Made by a program: the position numbers and the translations under genes. From positions 275,557 through 339,556 of the forward strand of contig JBGAON010000004.1 in the NCBI GenBank assembly GCA_044221725.1: a stretch of 64,000 nt of DNA. The letters are read 5' to 3'. Shown here piece by piece: positions 28,783 to 38,861 of this stretch. The notes below the pieces were generated by a model that searched no databases, had not been told where the DNA came from, and saw only the letters and a list, made by a program, of their open reading frames with translations. The first letter of the stretch is position 1; the number at the start of each line of letters is the position of its first letter. The DNA comes from Elusimicrobiota bacterium. Lineage in GTDB: Bacteria; Elusimicrobiota; Elusimicrobia; F11.

Positions 28783-28959
28783 TCGTCCTTTCCTACCTTC
28801 CAAAGTCCGTCCTTCGACGGAAAAACGGCCGCAAAAGCCAAACGCAATTTGTTGGACGCCCTCAAGCTTTACATCGACGACTGCCGAGCCGACGGCACAA
28901 AAGTCCCACACTCCCACATCAGTTCCGCCCGAATAGAGACAATTTCTTTAGCCGCTTAA
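28783..28959 (+). pseudogene. 5'-truncated HicB-like antitoxin remnant
   Basis: Manual translation SFPTFQSPSFDGKTAAKAKRNLLDALKLYIDDCRADGTKVP...* resembles the HicB N-domain pattern; no start codon after the kinase stop. Confidence 0.6.
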
Positions 28960-29002
28960 ATGGCTGAAGCAAAAGAGCCCTTCGTTGTGGTATTCTTCCG
29001 TC

Positions 29003-29218
29003 ATGATCAGTGTAATTGATATCAATCCAGAAATTATGGGAGGAACCCCTGTATTTAAAGGAACGCGGGTTCCAATTCAGAACCTTTTTGATTACATTGA
29101 AGGCGACGAATCGCTTGAAGAATTTTTGGATGATTTTCCGTCCGTTTCGAGACATCAAGTGATCCAGTTGCTGGAAGAAATTAAAGCCCAAGTTATTAAC
29201 CCCCCGAAAGCTGCGTGA
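29003..29218 (+). CDS. DUF433 family antitoxin
   Basis: INPEIMGGTPVFKGTRVP...EEFLDDFP. Confidence 0.9.
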   Translation: MISVIDINPEIMGGTPVFKGTRVPIQNLFDYIEGDESLEEFLDDFPSVSRHQVIQLLEEIKAQVINPPKAA

Positions 29219-29535
29219 AAGTCCTTTTGGATGAGTGTGTCCCGAGAAAATTCGGGTCACTTTTGTCTGGGCACGCAGTAAAAACTGTCGTCCAGGCCGG
29301 ATGGAAAGGAATCACGAATGGTGAACTTCTCAAAACTGCATCCGCTGGTTTCGATGTTTTCATAAGCGTCGACAGAAATCTTTCCTTCCAACAAAATGTT
29401 AAAGCTCTCCCGATTCCCGTGATCGTTATTCACTCGCTTTCAACCAAGCTAAAAGATCTTGAGAAATTTGCCCCCGGTGTTCTTGAAATCATTCAAAACC
29501 CTCTTTCCAAGAACTTTTACCACGTGGGCGTATAA
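29215..29535 (+). CDS. DUF5615 family PIN-like toxin
   Basis: MKVLLDECVP, GWKGITNGELL and SVDRNL.FQQN; GTGA overlap with the DUF433 gene. Confidence 0.88.
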   Translation: MKVLLDECVPRKFGSLLSGHAVKTVVQAGWKGITNGELLKTASAGFDVFISVDRNLSFQQNVKALPIPVIVIHSLSTKLKDLEKFAPGVLEIIQNPLSKNFYHVGV

Positions 29536-29544
29536 GGTTCTTCA

Positions 29545-30438
29545 ATGGCATCAAAAAGTAAACAGACAAGTCGAAAATCTTTCGCGTCCGTGCGTGTCGC
29601 CGTTATTGGCGGCAGCGGCGTTTATGAAATTGAAGGTATGAAAGTGTTGCGCCGGTTTTTTCCTTCCACGCCGTTTGGCAAACCCTCGGATCCTATTACG
29701 ATTGGTTCGTACGAAGGTGTTCCGTGTGCGTTTCTTCCGCGGCACGGCAAAGGGCATCGGCATTTGCCATCGGAGATTCCGCAGCGTGCGAATTTTTATG
29801 CATTGAAAACGCTGGGAGTTGAACATGTGATCGCGATTTCCGCTTGCGGATCGCTTAAGCAAGAGTTGGCCCCGCGACAATTTGTGATTCCAGATCAGAT
29901 CATTGATCGCACGAAAGGACGCCCGTCCACTTTTTTTGGCGATGGGATTGTTGCGCACGTTTCGTTTGCGAATCCGTTTTCGAAAACGTTATCGAGAGCG
30001 TTGGCCGAGTCGGTCCAAGCCTTGGGTCTGCCGGTTCAGACGACAGGAACTTATCTCTGCATGGAAGGACCGGCGTTCTCCACGCAGGCCGAATCCTTTT
30101 TGCACCGTGACATGGGTTGCGACGTGATCGGTATGACCGCTGTGCCGGAAGCGAAGTTCGCGCGCGAAGCGGAAATGAGTTACGCGCTCTTGGCGATGGT
30201 GACCGATTACGATTGCTGGAAAGACGACGAGCACGTCACCATCGAAATGATCATCGGCCATTTGATGGCGAACGCCGACAACGCGAAGAAAATCATTGCG
30301 CATCTGTTGCCGCGATTGAAGGACGTGCCCAACGACGCCGCAAACGCGCTCAAGCACGCAATTTTTACAAATCCCAGTTACATAACACCTGCCGCAAAAA
30401 AGCGGTTGGCACCAATCATTCGAAAGTATGTCCAATAA
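29545..30438 (+). CDS. mtnP: S-methyl-5'-thioadenosine phosphorylase
   Basis: IGGSG, TPFG.PS, LPRHG, EGP.FST.AES, IGMT and TDYDCW. Confidence 0.93.
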   Translation: MASKSKQTSRKSFASVRVAVIGGSGVYEIEGMKVLRRFFPSTPFGKPSDPITIGSYEGVPCAFLPRHGKGHRHLPSEIPQRANFYALKTLGVEHVIAISACGSLKQELAPRQFVIPDQIIDRTKGRPSTFFGDGIVAHVSFANPFSKTLSRALAESVQALGLPVQTTGTYLCMEGPAFSTQAESFLHRDMGCDVIGMTAVPEAKFAREAEMSYALLAMVTDYDCWKDDEHVTIEMIIGHLMANADNAKKIIAHLLPRLKDVPNDAANALKHAIFTNPSYITPAAKKRLAPIIRKYVQ

Positions 30439-30444
30439 CGCCCT

Positions 30445-31131
30445 ATGATCAAAGCCGTCATCTTCGATCTCGACAACACGCTCGTCGACTTCATGCGCGT
30501 GAAGCGAGCCGCGGTGGCCGGCGCGGTGGACGCCATGATCGACGCGGGACTTAAAACCAGCAAAGAAGAAGCCATCAAGCGCGTTTTCAACATGTACGAC
30601 CGCGAAGGGATTGAAGACCAGCGCGTGTTCGACAAAATGCTCGTCGAAGCTTATGGTGAAATTGACCACCGTATTCTCGCGGCCGGTATCGTGGGCTACC
30701 GCCGAGCGAAAGAAGGGAATTTGATTCTCTATCCGCACGTGCGACAGACGGTTCGGCAATTGTTGCGGCTGGGGCTCAAGCTCGCGCTCGTGTCGGATGC
30801 GCCGCGCATGTCGGCGTGGACGCGGCTCATCTCGCTCGGCCTTGATTCCTTTTTTGACACGGTTGTGGCCAACGAAGACACCGGAAAAAAGAAACCGGAT
30901 CCCGCTCCGTTTCTGCTCGCGCTGAGTCGACTCGAAGTGAAACCAGAAGAGGCCATCATGATTGGCGACTGGGCCGAACGCGATATGGTGGGCGCGAAAG
31001 CCCTCGGCATGCGCACCGCGTTCGCGCGCTACGGAGACGACTTCAACACAAAAGAACACGGCGCCGATTATGAACTAAGTGACATCCACGAAATCGTTGG
31101 TATTATTGAGAAAATTAACGGAGCCAACTAA
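30445..31131 (+). CDS. HAD superfamily hydrolase
   Basis: FDLDNTL, KKPDP and IGDWAERD..GA. Confidence 0.92.
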   Translation: MIKAVIFDLDNTLVDFMRVKRAAVAGAVDAMIDAGLKTSKEEAIKRVFNMYDREGIEDQRVFDKMLVEAYGEIDHRILAAGIVGYRRAKEGNLILYPHVRQTVRQLLRLGLKLALVSDAPRMSAWTRLISLGLDSFFDTVVANEDTGKKKPDPAPFLLALSRLEVKPEEAIMIGDWAERDMVGAKALGMRTAFARYGDDFNTKEHGADYELSDIHEIVGIIEKINGAN

Positions 31132-31137
31132 CTCACC

Positions 31138-31950
31138 ATGTCCGATTTCTTCCAAATTTTCTTCAACGTCGCTGTGCCGGTATTGGCCGGTCTTGTTTAT
31201 TTCATGCTCGCGCGTTATGTGAAACACATCGGTCCCATGCGCACGCTTGTCACCGGCAAGCTCACGTACGACGGCGCTTACTGGGGATTTTTGATTCTTG
31301 GCGCCTATTTGGCCACGCGCCCGTTCCAAATTTTGTTGGGGCCGCATCCGGCTCCGCTCATCGTGAATTCGATTCGCGAGTTTGTGATGATGGGATTCTT
31401 TGGTCCCGCGGTCACCGTCGCGATGTTAAGCCTCGTTCTCGGCAGCGCGAACGTGCCGAAGATTCTTGTGCGCGTGTTGTTCGGCACGGGCCTCGTGTTA
31501 GCGACGTTGTTCGTGCTGATTAATCGCAAAGCGATCGGCGGAAGCGAAGTTATTTTTGTGATCGGAAACGTTCAGGTGCATGACGGCGTGTGGTTTCACA
31601 ATCAAGGAAGCGAAACGTCAAACCTCATGGCGCTGCTTTTCTTGTTGCGACTGCTCGATCCGGTGATGCTTGTTTTTGGTGCGGGCGTTCTCGTGTTGTG
31701 GCACGGGTACAACTACCCGATCGAAAAGAAAATGCTCTACAGCAACATGCCGAGAAAACTTTATTACATGGGCGCCGCATGCATTGCGTTCTCGTTGTCG
31801 ATGTTGTCCGTTGGACTTCTGTATTTGTTCGCTCACATTCCGAATCAGTGGTGGATTTATTACATCGGCGCTTTGGCCGCCGGGCTTCTCGAGACGAAAT
31901 CGTTGTCGTTGCCGCTTCGTCGCGCGGTCCAAATCACCGAGCATGCTTAA
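31138..31950 (+). CDS. Polytopic membrane protein of unknown function, about 7 TM
   Basis: Multiple hydrophobic segments; tightly packed between the HAD gene and hemB. Confidence 0.75.
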   Translation: MSDFFQIFFNVAVPVLAGLVYFMLARYVKHIGPMRTLVTGKLTYDGAYWGFLILGAYLATRPFQILLGPHPAPLIVNSIREFVMMGFFGPAVTVAMLSLVLGSANVPKILVRVLFGTGLVLATLFVLINRKAIGGSEVIFVIGNVQVHDGVWFHNQGSETSNLMALLFLLRLLDPVMLVFGAGVLVLWHGYNYPIEKKMLYSNMPRKLYYMGAACIAFSLSMLSVGLLYLFAHIPNQWWIYYIGALAAGLLETKSLSLPLRRAVQITEHA

Positions 31951-32947
31951 GAATCGCCCGCGGCGCCTGCGCGCTACCTCTGCCATCCGCAGTCTTGTGC
32001 GAGAAACACACCTTTCGGCGTCCAATCTCATCGCGCCTTATTTTGTCGCTGAAGGGAAACGCGTGCGCCGTCCCATTGCGTCGATGCCGGGACAATTTCA
32101 GCTTTCGATTGATGAATTGGTGAAAGAAGTGGCGCGGCTTGAGCCGCTCGGAATTTTGTCGGTGCTGTTGTTCGGTTTGCCGCGGAAAAAAGACGACATC
32201 GGTTCCGAAGCGTGGGCCGATGATGGCATCATTCAACGGGCCGTTCGAACGTTGCGCGCAAAATGTCCCGAAGTTGTCGTGATGACCGATTTGTGTTTTT
32301 GCGAATACACCACGCACGGACATTGCGGTGTCATCAAGAAGAAAACAAACCGTTCTTCCAGTGAATGGGAATTGGATAACGATGCGACGCTCGTGCAAAT
32401 TCAGAAGTCCGCCATCGCACAAGCGCGCGCCGGCGCCGACTTTGTGGCGCCGTCGGGCATGATCGATGGTTGCGTGCACGCGATCCGCACCGCTCTCGAC
32501 GAAAATGGTTTTAAAGACACGGGCATTCTTGCTTACTCGGCCAAATACGCGAGCGTGTTTTATGGCCCGTTTCGTGACGCGGCCGCGTCGACGCCGCAGT
32601 TTGGCGACCGGCGTTCGTATCAAATGGACCCGGCGAACGCGCGTGAGGCTATTCGCGAAATTCGCTCGGACATCAGCGAGGGCGCGGACATGGTAATGGT
32701 GAAACCGGCGCTGTCGTATTTGGACGTCATTCACGCGATCAAACCCGAAATCAAAATTCCGCTCGTCGCCTACAACGTGTCCGGCGAATACGCGATGGTG
32801 AAAGCGGCCGAGAAAATGAATTGGCTAAGCGGCGCCGACAAAAGCCGCACCGCTCTCGAAATTTTGACCTCGATCAAACGCGCGGGTGCCGATCTCATCA
32901 TCACCTACCACGCGGTCGACGTCGCGAAGCAACTCCTAAAAAAATGA
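31943..32947 (+). CDS. hemB: Porphobilinogen synthase
   Basis: RPRRLR, CFCEYT.HGHCG, FYGPFRDA, MVKPA and YNVSGEY; start reset to ATG 31943. Confidence 0.96.
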   Translation: MLKNRPRRLRATSAIRSLVRETHLSASNLIAPYFVAEGKRVRRPIASMPGQFQLSIDELVKEVARLEPLGILSVLLFGLPRKKDDIGSEAWADDGIIQRAVRTLRAKCPEVVVMTDLCFCEYTTHGHCGVIKKKTNRSSSEWELDNDATLVQIQKSAIAQARAGADFVAPSGMIDGCVHAIRTALDENGFKDTGILAYSAKYASVFYGPFRDAAASTPQFGDRRSYQMDPANAREAIREIRSDISEGADMVMVKPALSYLDVIHAIKPEIKIPLVAYNVSGEYAMVKAAEKMNWLSGADKSRTALEILTSIKRAGADLIITYHAVDVAKQLLKK

Positions 32948-33705
32948 AGCTGTCTTCGACAGCCCTGGCGATTTTTTTGGGTCTCACCGGATGTGCAATT
33001 AAGAAACTCTCTCCGAATCCCGGCAATCCGAAATGGGGTCTCGACGTAATGTGGCACGGGCACTCGTGCTTCACGTTGAAAGACAGCGTCGATCGGATGG
33101 TTGTTGTGGATCCTTTTGATGAAACCGTGGGTTACGGCCGGCTGGATTTGTTGGCCGACGCGCTGCTCATCACGCACAATCATTTTGATCATAATTATCG
33201 CCGCGCTGTCCGGTCGCATTATCACGAACTGAACGTCGTTGATAGCACGGGCACCTACACCGTGGCCGAAGGCATGCAAGTCACCGGGCTTCCCTCGGCG
33301 CACGACAAAGAGAACGGTCAGATAAACGGTCCCAACATTATTTATATTTTCGTCGAAGGCGGGTTGCGCTGCGTGCACATGGGTGATGTCGGTGTATCGA
33401 CGCTCACGGATTTCCAATGGAAAATGATTGGGAAAGTGGACGTTCTTCTTATCCCCGTGGGCGGACAGACGACCATCGATGCGGTGGAAGCAAAGAAAGT
33501 GGTGGATGCGCTAAAGCCTTCGGCCGTTTTTCCGATGCATTATGGAAACATCCGATTCTTCCCACTCGATGCGGTCGAAAAATTTACAGCGCTTTTTCCG
33601 CCCGACCAAGTTAGAATCCTTTCCGATTCCCATGTTCGCCTTCGGGAAGCCGACTTAACGGACAAGCCGGTTGTTTATATTCTCAGTCCAACTTCAAAAA
33701 ATTAA
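32944..33705 (+). CDS. MBL-fold metallo-hydrolase, probable lipoprotein
   Basis: Lipobox LTG|C, WHGHSCF, THNHFDH, HMGD and PMHY; start at the ATGA overlap 32944. Confidence 0.88.
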   Translation: MKLSSTALAIFLGLTGCAIKKLSPNPGNPKWGLDVMWHGHSCFTLKDSVDRMVVVDPFDETVGYGRLDLLADALLITHNHFDHNYRRAVRSHYHELNVVDSTGTYTVAEGMQVTGLPSAHDKENGQINGPNIIYIFVEGGLRCVHMGDVGVSTLTDFQWKMIGKVDVLLIPVGGQTTIDAVEAKKVVDALKPSAVFPMHYGNIRFFPLDAVEKFTALFPPDQVRILSDSHVRLREADLTDKPVVYILSPTSKN

Positions 33706-33715
33706 AGGATTTCCT

Positions 33716-35680
33716 ATGAACTGTCGTTCCGCTGTTGCTGGTCTCACGTTGTTGCTGCTGTTTCAAACCGGTTTCGCCGAAAATCGACCCACCACCCGCG
33801 CCGAGGCCGTGCCGTCCGATGACAAGCTAACGTTGGCATTTCCTGGCCTCAAGGGTCCGATCCCTTACGAAAAATTTGGAACGTTCCAAGGTCTTGGAAC
33901 CGAGAGCTATCGCTACGTGATCTCCGATAAAAAAGGTCTTTCGGCCGCCGCTGGTGAAGGAATTTTTCCGTACGAAGGAATAAATCGCGATCCGGCGTTT
34001 AAAGAACTTCAGAAACAGAAGGCTCTCGTGGGTTCGCACTGGAAGTTTGTGGACACGAACACGGCCGCCAAAAACTTTTATCGGTGGGCCAGCACGAACG
34101 AAGATCCCGGCGTGAAGCAATTTTATACGGCGATTATGTTGGAGCGCGCCGGGTTTTTGGAAACAGCGATCAAAGCGTTCTATGCGGTGGCCGTTCACTT
34201 TCCGAAGACTGTTTCTTACACCTATTACGACACACCGTGGTACGTCGCGCCTTCGTCGTTGGACCGCATTGAACAACTGCTACGCCGTCACCCGGAAATC
34301 AATATGCATCTGCAAGGCGCGCGCATCAAAATCGAAGGACGCTTCGATGCCGACACGAAGAACGATGTTTACTCCATTAATCCCGGGAAACTCATCGGCG
34401 GGCGCGGAAAAAAGGAAAAGGCCGTCAATTTCGCAAAGATGGCCGTCACAAAAACAATCGGCGGCCCGAAAGTCCAGTTGAAGCAATACAAGAACCGTCA
34501 TTGGCAATTGCTGGTCGACGGAAAACCATTTCCGATTCGCGCGGTTACCTATTCGGTGACGCCGGTGGGCCGCAGCCCCGACCGCGCCAATTGGGACGTG
34601 TCGAAAGATTGGCAGTGGGTCGACACAAACAACAATCACGTTCACGATGGTTTCTATGAGAGCTACGTCGACAAAAATCACAACAACAAACGCGACGAGG
34701 ACGAACCGGTGGTGGGAGATGCGCAGCTTCTAAAAGATTTGGGAGTGAACACGCTGCGCGCTTACCATCATCTCTACGATAAAGAATTTTTCCGAACACT
34801 TCACGATAAGTACGGTTTTTATTTCCTGTGCGGTGATTTGCTGGGCGGCTACGCGGTTGGCAGCGGCGCGACCTGGCAAGAGGGAACCGATTACGCGAAC
34901 AAAAACCAGCAAGACATGATGTTGGCCGGCGTGCAACGGATGGTCGAAGAGTACAAGGACGAGCCGTACATCCTCATGTGGGTTCTCGGCAACGAAAACG
35001 TTTATGGGGTGGCGAACAGCGCCGGCCGTGATCCGGAAAATTTCTATAAGCTGGTGAATCGCGCGGCCGAACTCATTCACAAGTTGGATCCGTCGCGTCC
35101 GGTGGCGATTGCGAACGGCGATTTGTTGCATTTGGACCTAATCCAAAAATATTGCCCGGCGATTGATGTGATGGGAGCAAACGCCTATCGCGGCGAACAA
35201 GGTTTCGGTAAGCACATGTTCCTGGATGTTCAGGATTATTTGGATCGGCCGCTTCTCATCACCGAGTACGGCGTGTCCGCTTACGCCGAAGGTTACACGC
35301 AAGACCAGGCGGATGCCTATCAGGCCATGTACGTCGCCAACAATTATGAAGATATGGAAGCGAACATGGCCGGCCACGGTGTCGGTAACGCGCTGGGCGG
35401 TGTGCTCTTCGAATACATGGACGAGTGGTGGAAAGCCAATTCCGATTTGCCCGAGAAGGTTCAGAAAGCGCGCGCGGAATGGTACGCGACGAAATCCGCG
35501 ATCTACAAAAGCTTGCAACCCGAGAATCACGACATTGTGCCGCAATTTGGTTTCCCGTTCCTCGACGGGTGGAGTTACGAAGAGTGGTATGGTCTCGTCG
35601 CCCAGGGTGACGGCAAGCAGAGTCCGTTTTGTCGTCAGTTGCGACCCGCCTACGAAACAATGAAGAAACTCTGGAGATGA
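33716..35680 (+). CDS. Secreted clan GH-A glycoside hydrolase (GH2 TIM-barrel-like)
   Basis: Signal peptide, GVNTLR.Y, W.LGNE (acid/base), ITEYG (nucleophile) and FEYMDEWWK. Confidence 0.8.
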   Translation: MNCRSAVAGLTLLLLFQTGFAENRPTTRAEAVPSDDKLTLAFPGLKGPIPYEKFGTFQGLGTESYRYVISDKKGLSAAAGEGIFPYEGINRDPAFKELQKQKALVGSHWKFVDTNTAAKNFYRWASTNEDPGVKQFYTAIMLERAGFLETAIKAFYAVAVHFPKTVSYTYYDTPWYVAPSSLDRIEQLLRRHPEINMHLQGARIKIEGRFDADTKNDVYSINPGKLIGGRGKKEKAVNFAKMAVTKTIGGPKVQLKQYKNRHWQLLVDGKPFPIRAVTYSVTPVGRSPDRANWDVSKDWQWVDTNNNHVHDGFYESYVDKNHNNKRDEDEPVVGDAQLLKDLGVNTLRAYHHLYDKEFFRTLHDKYGFYFLCGDLLGGYAVGSGATWQEGTDYANKNQQDMMLAGVQRMVEEYKDEPYILMWVLGNENVYGVANSAGRDPENFYKLVNRAAELIHKLDPSRPVAIANGDLLHLDLIQKYCPAIDVMGANAYRGEQGFGKHMFLDVQDYLDRPLLITEYGVSAYAEGYTQDQADAYQAMYVANNYEDMEANMAGHGVGNALGGVLFEYMDEWWKANSDLPEKVQKARAEWYATKSAIYKSLQPENHDIVPQFGFPFLDGWSYEEWYGLVAQGDGKQSPFCRQLRPAYETMKKLWR

Positions 35681-36180
35681 AGCGATTTTTATTCCTTCTG
35701 TTGTTGGGTGCGTCCGGAGCCTATTTGTTCCGCACCTACGCGTACGAAGGGATTTACGTGGCATCCGAATCGATGGAGCCAACGTTGCCGAAAGACGTTC
35801 ACGTGATGGTGAACAAATTCTCATTGCTGTTAAAGCCCCCGCGGCGCGGAGAGATCGTGATGTTCGAGTCGCCGATCGACGCGAAGAAGGGGCTTGTGAA
35901 ACGCGTGATTGCCACGGCCGGAGACACCATCGAAATTCGTGAAAAAAAAGTCTATTTGAACGGCCGGAAACTGGATGAGCCTTACGTTCAATTTTTAAAT
36001 CCCGATACCATCTATATGGGTGATAACGTTCCTCCGCTTGTCGTTCCCGAAGGTCATCTGTTTGTAATGGGAGACAACCGCGACGTTTCGGGCGACTCCC
36101 GTGATTGGAAAAATCCGGACGGAACCCCGGCGCCATTTCTCCCCACGTCCAAAATCCAAGGCATCGTGCGGTGGCAGTGA
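35677..36180 (+). CDS. lepB: Signal peptidase I
   Basis: SESMEPTL, VKRVIA..GD and MGDNR..S.DSR. Confidence 0.94.
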   Translation: MKRFLFLLLLGASGAYLFRTYAYEGIYVASESMEPTLPKDVHVMVNKFSLLLKPPRRGEIVMFESPIDAKKGLVKRVIATAGDTIEIREKKVYLNGRKLDEPYVQFLNPDTIYMGDNVPPLVVPEGHLFVMGDNRDVSGDSRDWKNPDGTPAPFLPTSKIQGIVRWQ

Positions 36181-37025
36181 TCAACGATCTCAAAGCCCGG
36201 CTTAAAAAAGGGCCCATCATTCGCAGCATCGGCTGCCATGACGCGTTTACGGCACTCATCGCCGAGCGTGCAGGTTTTGAAGTGTTGTTCGTGGGTGGGT
36301 TCGGTGCGACCGCGAGTTTGCTCGGGCTTCCGGACTTGGGAATTATCACGTTGAATGAAATGGCGGGTGTTGTCCGCCGCATTTGCGCGCGCGTATCGGT
36401 GCCGGTGATCGCTGATGGCGATACGGGTTTTGGCGGTGTTCACAACGTGCAACGCACCGTGGAAGAATTTGAAGCGGCCGGCGCGGCCGGCGTTATTCTC
36501 GAAGATCAAGTGTCGCCCAAGCGATGCGGGCACTTCGACGGGAAAAACGTCATTCCGGTGGCCGATATGGTGGTAAAACTAACGGCCGCGTTGAAAGCGC
36601 GGAAGAATCCTCGTTTTCTCGTTGTTGCTCGAACCGATGCTCGCGATGTCACCGGAATTGCGGATGCAATTCGCCGCGCGAACCGGTACCACGAAGCGGG
36701 CGCTGATATGGTTTTTATTGAATCGCCGGGCTCGGTGCAGGAGTTAAAATTAATACCGAAAAAAGTGAAAGCGCCTCTTCTCGCGAATATGTTGACCGGA
36801 GGAAAAACACCGAACATTCCGGTCGCGGAACTTGACGAGCTTGGCTACGCGATGGTGGTCTACCCGATTGAAAGTTTGCTAGCGACGGCGACGGCCATGA
36901 AACGGCTCAGCCAGTCCATCTTGCGCGACGGCTCCGTTGACCGTGTGAGAAACGACATGATCCCGTTTGGAGACGTGAAAGAGTTGCTTGGAATAAGGAG
37001 GCCCGCGCATGGGCGTCGCAGATAA
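36177..37025 (+). CDS. Isocitrate lyase/PEP mutase family (PrpB-like)
   Basis: GLPDLG, ADGDTGFG, EDQ..PKRCGH and ARTDA. Confidence 0.9.
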   Translation: MINDLKARLKKGPIIRSIGCHDAFTALIAERAGFEVLFVGGFGATASLLGLPDLGIITLNEMAGVVRRICARVSVPVIADGDTGFGGVHNVQRTVEEFEAAGAAGVILEDQVSPKRCGHFDGKNVIPVADMVVKLTAALKARKNPRFLVVARTDARDVTGIADAIRRANRYHEAGADMVFIESPGSVQELKLIPKKVKAPLLANMLTGGKTPNIPVAELDELGYAMVVYPIESLLATATAMKRLSQSILRDGSVDRVRNDMIPFGDVKELLGIRRPAHGRRR

Positions 37026-37563
37026 AATTCTTATGAAAAACGGTACCACCGCTCCGGCATTTTCGAACTTGCCTGGAGTGGATGGCAAAAAATACAGCTT
37101 GGCCGATTTCGCGGCCAGCAAAGCGCTCGTTGTGGTGTTCAGTTGCAATCATTGCCCGTACGTGCAAGCGTACGAAGATCGGATGATCAAGCTGCAGAGT
37201 GACTTTAAAAAAGACGGCGTGCAGGTCGTGGCGATCAATTCGAACGACGCTGCGAACTATCCGGACGATAACTTCGAGAACATGAAGAAGCGGGCGGCCG
37301 ATAAAGGGTTCAATTTTCCGTACCTTCGAGACGAAGATCAATCGGTCGCAAAAACGTACGGTGCCACGCACACGCCGCATCTGTTTGTTTTTGACGCAAA
37401 CCGAAAATTGGCTTACACCGGCAAAATCGACGACAATTGGCAGGACGCGTCGAAGGTGCAGCGACAATATTTGCGCGAGGCATTAACGGCGCTCGTGCAA
37501 GGAAAAAAGCCAGCCGAACCCGAAACCTTCGCTATCGGATGCACGATCAAATGGAGGTCGTAG
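37009..37563 (+). CDS. Thioredoxin-like AhpC/TSA family protein
   Basis: CNHCPYV, INSND, Y.GKIDD and IGCTIKW. Confidence 0.92.
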   Translation: MGVADKILMKNGTTAPAFSNLPGVDGKKYSLADFAASKALVVVFSCNHCPYVQAYEDRMIKLQSDFKKDGVQVVAINSNDAANYPDDNFENMKKRAADKGFNFPYLRDEDQSVAKTYGATHTPHLFVFDANRKLAYTGKIDDNWQDASKVQRQYLREALTALVQGKKPAEPETFAIGCTIKWRS

Positions 37564-38861
37564 AGACATTGTCGACCAAAGAATCCGAAAGGCTTTTTAA
37601 ACAGGCGCAACAGCATTTGGTGGGCGGAGTAAATTCGCCGGTGCGCGCGTTTCGTGCCGTCGGTGGCACGCCGCGTTTCATAGCGAAGGCGAAGGGCGCT
37701 CGAATACAGGATGTGGACGGCAACCGTTACATCGATTTTATCGGTTCGTGGGGTCCGATGATACTCGGACACAACGCCGATGTTGTCGTTAAAGCCGTTA
37801 AAGCCCAATTGGAAAACGGTACGTCGTTCGGCGCGCCGTGCGCGCTCGAGGCCGAGCTAGCAGAGATGGCCAAAGAAGCGTTCCCGTCGATCGAGCTTCT
37901 GCGGTTCACAAGTTCGGGCACCGAAGCCACCATGTCGGCGCTGCGATTGGCGCGCGCGGTGACGAAACGCGCGCGCATTTTGAAATTTGAAGGCGGGTAT
38001 CACGGGCACGTAGACGAATTGCTTGTTTCCGCGGGATCGGGCGCGACGACATTCGGAGTGCCCTCAAGCGCTGGTGTTCCGGAGTCCGTTGCGAAGAACA
38101 CGTGGGTGCTTCCCTATAATGATGTCGAACAGATCGAAGATCTTTTTGCGCGCCAGGGTCCGAACATCGCCGCGGTCATATTGGAACCCGTTTGCGGAAA
38201 TATGGGCGTCGTATCTCCATCCAAAGAGTTTTTGCACGCGGTGACGGCGCTCACGCGGCGACACGGAGCGCTGCTCATTTTTGACGAAGTCATGACCGGT
38301 TTTCGCCTCGGCTGGGGAGGTGCTCAAGGGCTCTTTAAAATCAAGCCGGATCTCACGTGTCTCGGCAAAATCATTGGTGGAGGCTTTCCGGTCGGTGCGT
38401 TTGGAGGCCGAAAAGATTTAATGGAACAGATCGCTCCACTCGGACCCGTTTATCAAGCGGGCACGTTGTCCGGGAACCCGATGGCCATGGCGGCCGGATT
38501 GGCCACGCTGAAAGCACTCAAGAAAAAGCCGCCCTACGAAGCGCTAGAAAAAACCACCGCGGACTTGGCCTCGTTTCTTCGGGCCGAAGCAAAAAAGAAA
38601 AAGGTGCCGGTGCAGGTGAATCAGGTGGGATCCATGTTCACGGTGTTTTTCAATCCGGGCCCGGTGACGTCGTATCTTTCGGCGACGGATTCGGACACGA
38701 AAAAATTTGCGGTCTTCTTTCAATCGTTGCTGAAGAACGGAGTCTCTATGCCGCCTTCGCAATATGAAGCCGCGTTCGTTTCCACCGAACACTCCGCAGA
38801 AATTGTAAACGAGGCCAAAGCCGCTTTCTCAAAAGCGTTCGCGGAGGTTGCAAAGGCATGA
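37551..38861 (+). CDS. hemL: Glutamate-1-semialdehyde 2,1-aminomutase
   Basis: GGVNSPVRAF, SGTEATMSA, DEVMTGFR, GKIIGGG and QAGTLSGNP; start approximate. Confidence 0.96.
   Translation: MEVVETLSTKESERLFKQAQQHLVGGVNSPVRAFRAVGGTPRFIAKAKGARIQDVDGNRYIDFIGSWGPMILGHNADVVVKAVKAQLENGTSFGAPCALEAELAEMAKEAFPSIELLRFTSSGTEATMSALRLARAVTKRARILKFEGGYHGHVDELLVSAGSGATTFGVPSSAGVPESVAKNTWVLPYNDVEQIEDLFARQGPNIAAVILEPVCGNMGVVSPSKEFLHAVTALTRRHGALLIFDEVMTGFRLGWGGAQGLFKIKPDLTCLGKIIGGGFPVGAFGGRKDLMEQIAPLGPVYQAGTLSGNPMAMAAGLATLKALKKKPPYEALEKTTADLASFLRAEAKKKKVPVQVNQVGSMFTVFFNPGPVTSYLSATDSDTKKFAVFFQSLLKNGVSMPPSQYEAAFVSTEHSAEIVNEAKAAFSKAFAEVAKA

Noticed and set aside
29989..31059. 356-aa minus-strand ORF
   Set aside because: Antisense shadow of mtnP and the HAD gene, with no recognisable motifs.
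31670..31942. N-terminal extension of HemB given by the ORF track
   Set aside because: Overlaps the upstream membrane gene; HemB homology starts at ATG 31943. Similar over-long starts were trimmed for other genes.
35138..36382. 414-aa minus-strand ORF
   Set aside because: Antisense to three well-supported plus-strand genes.
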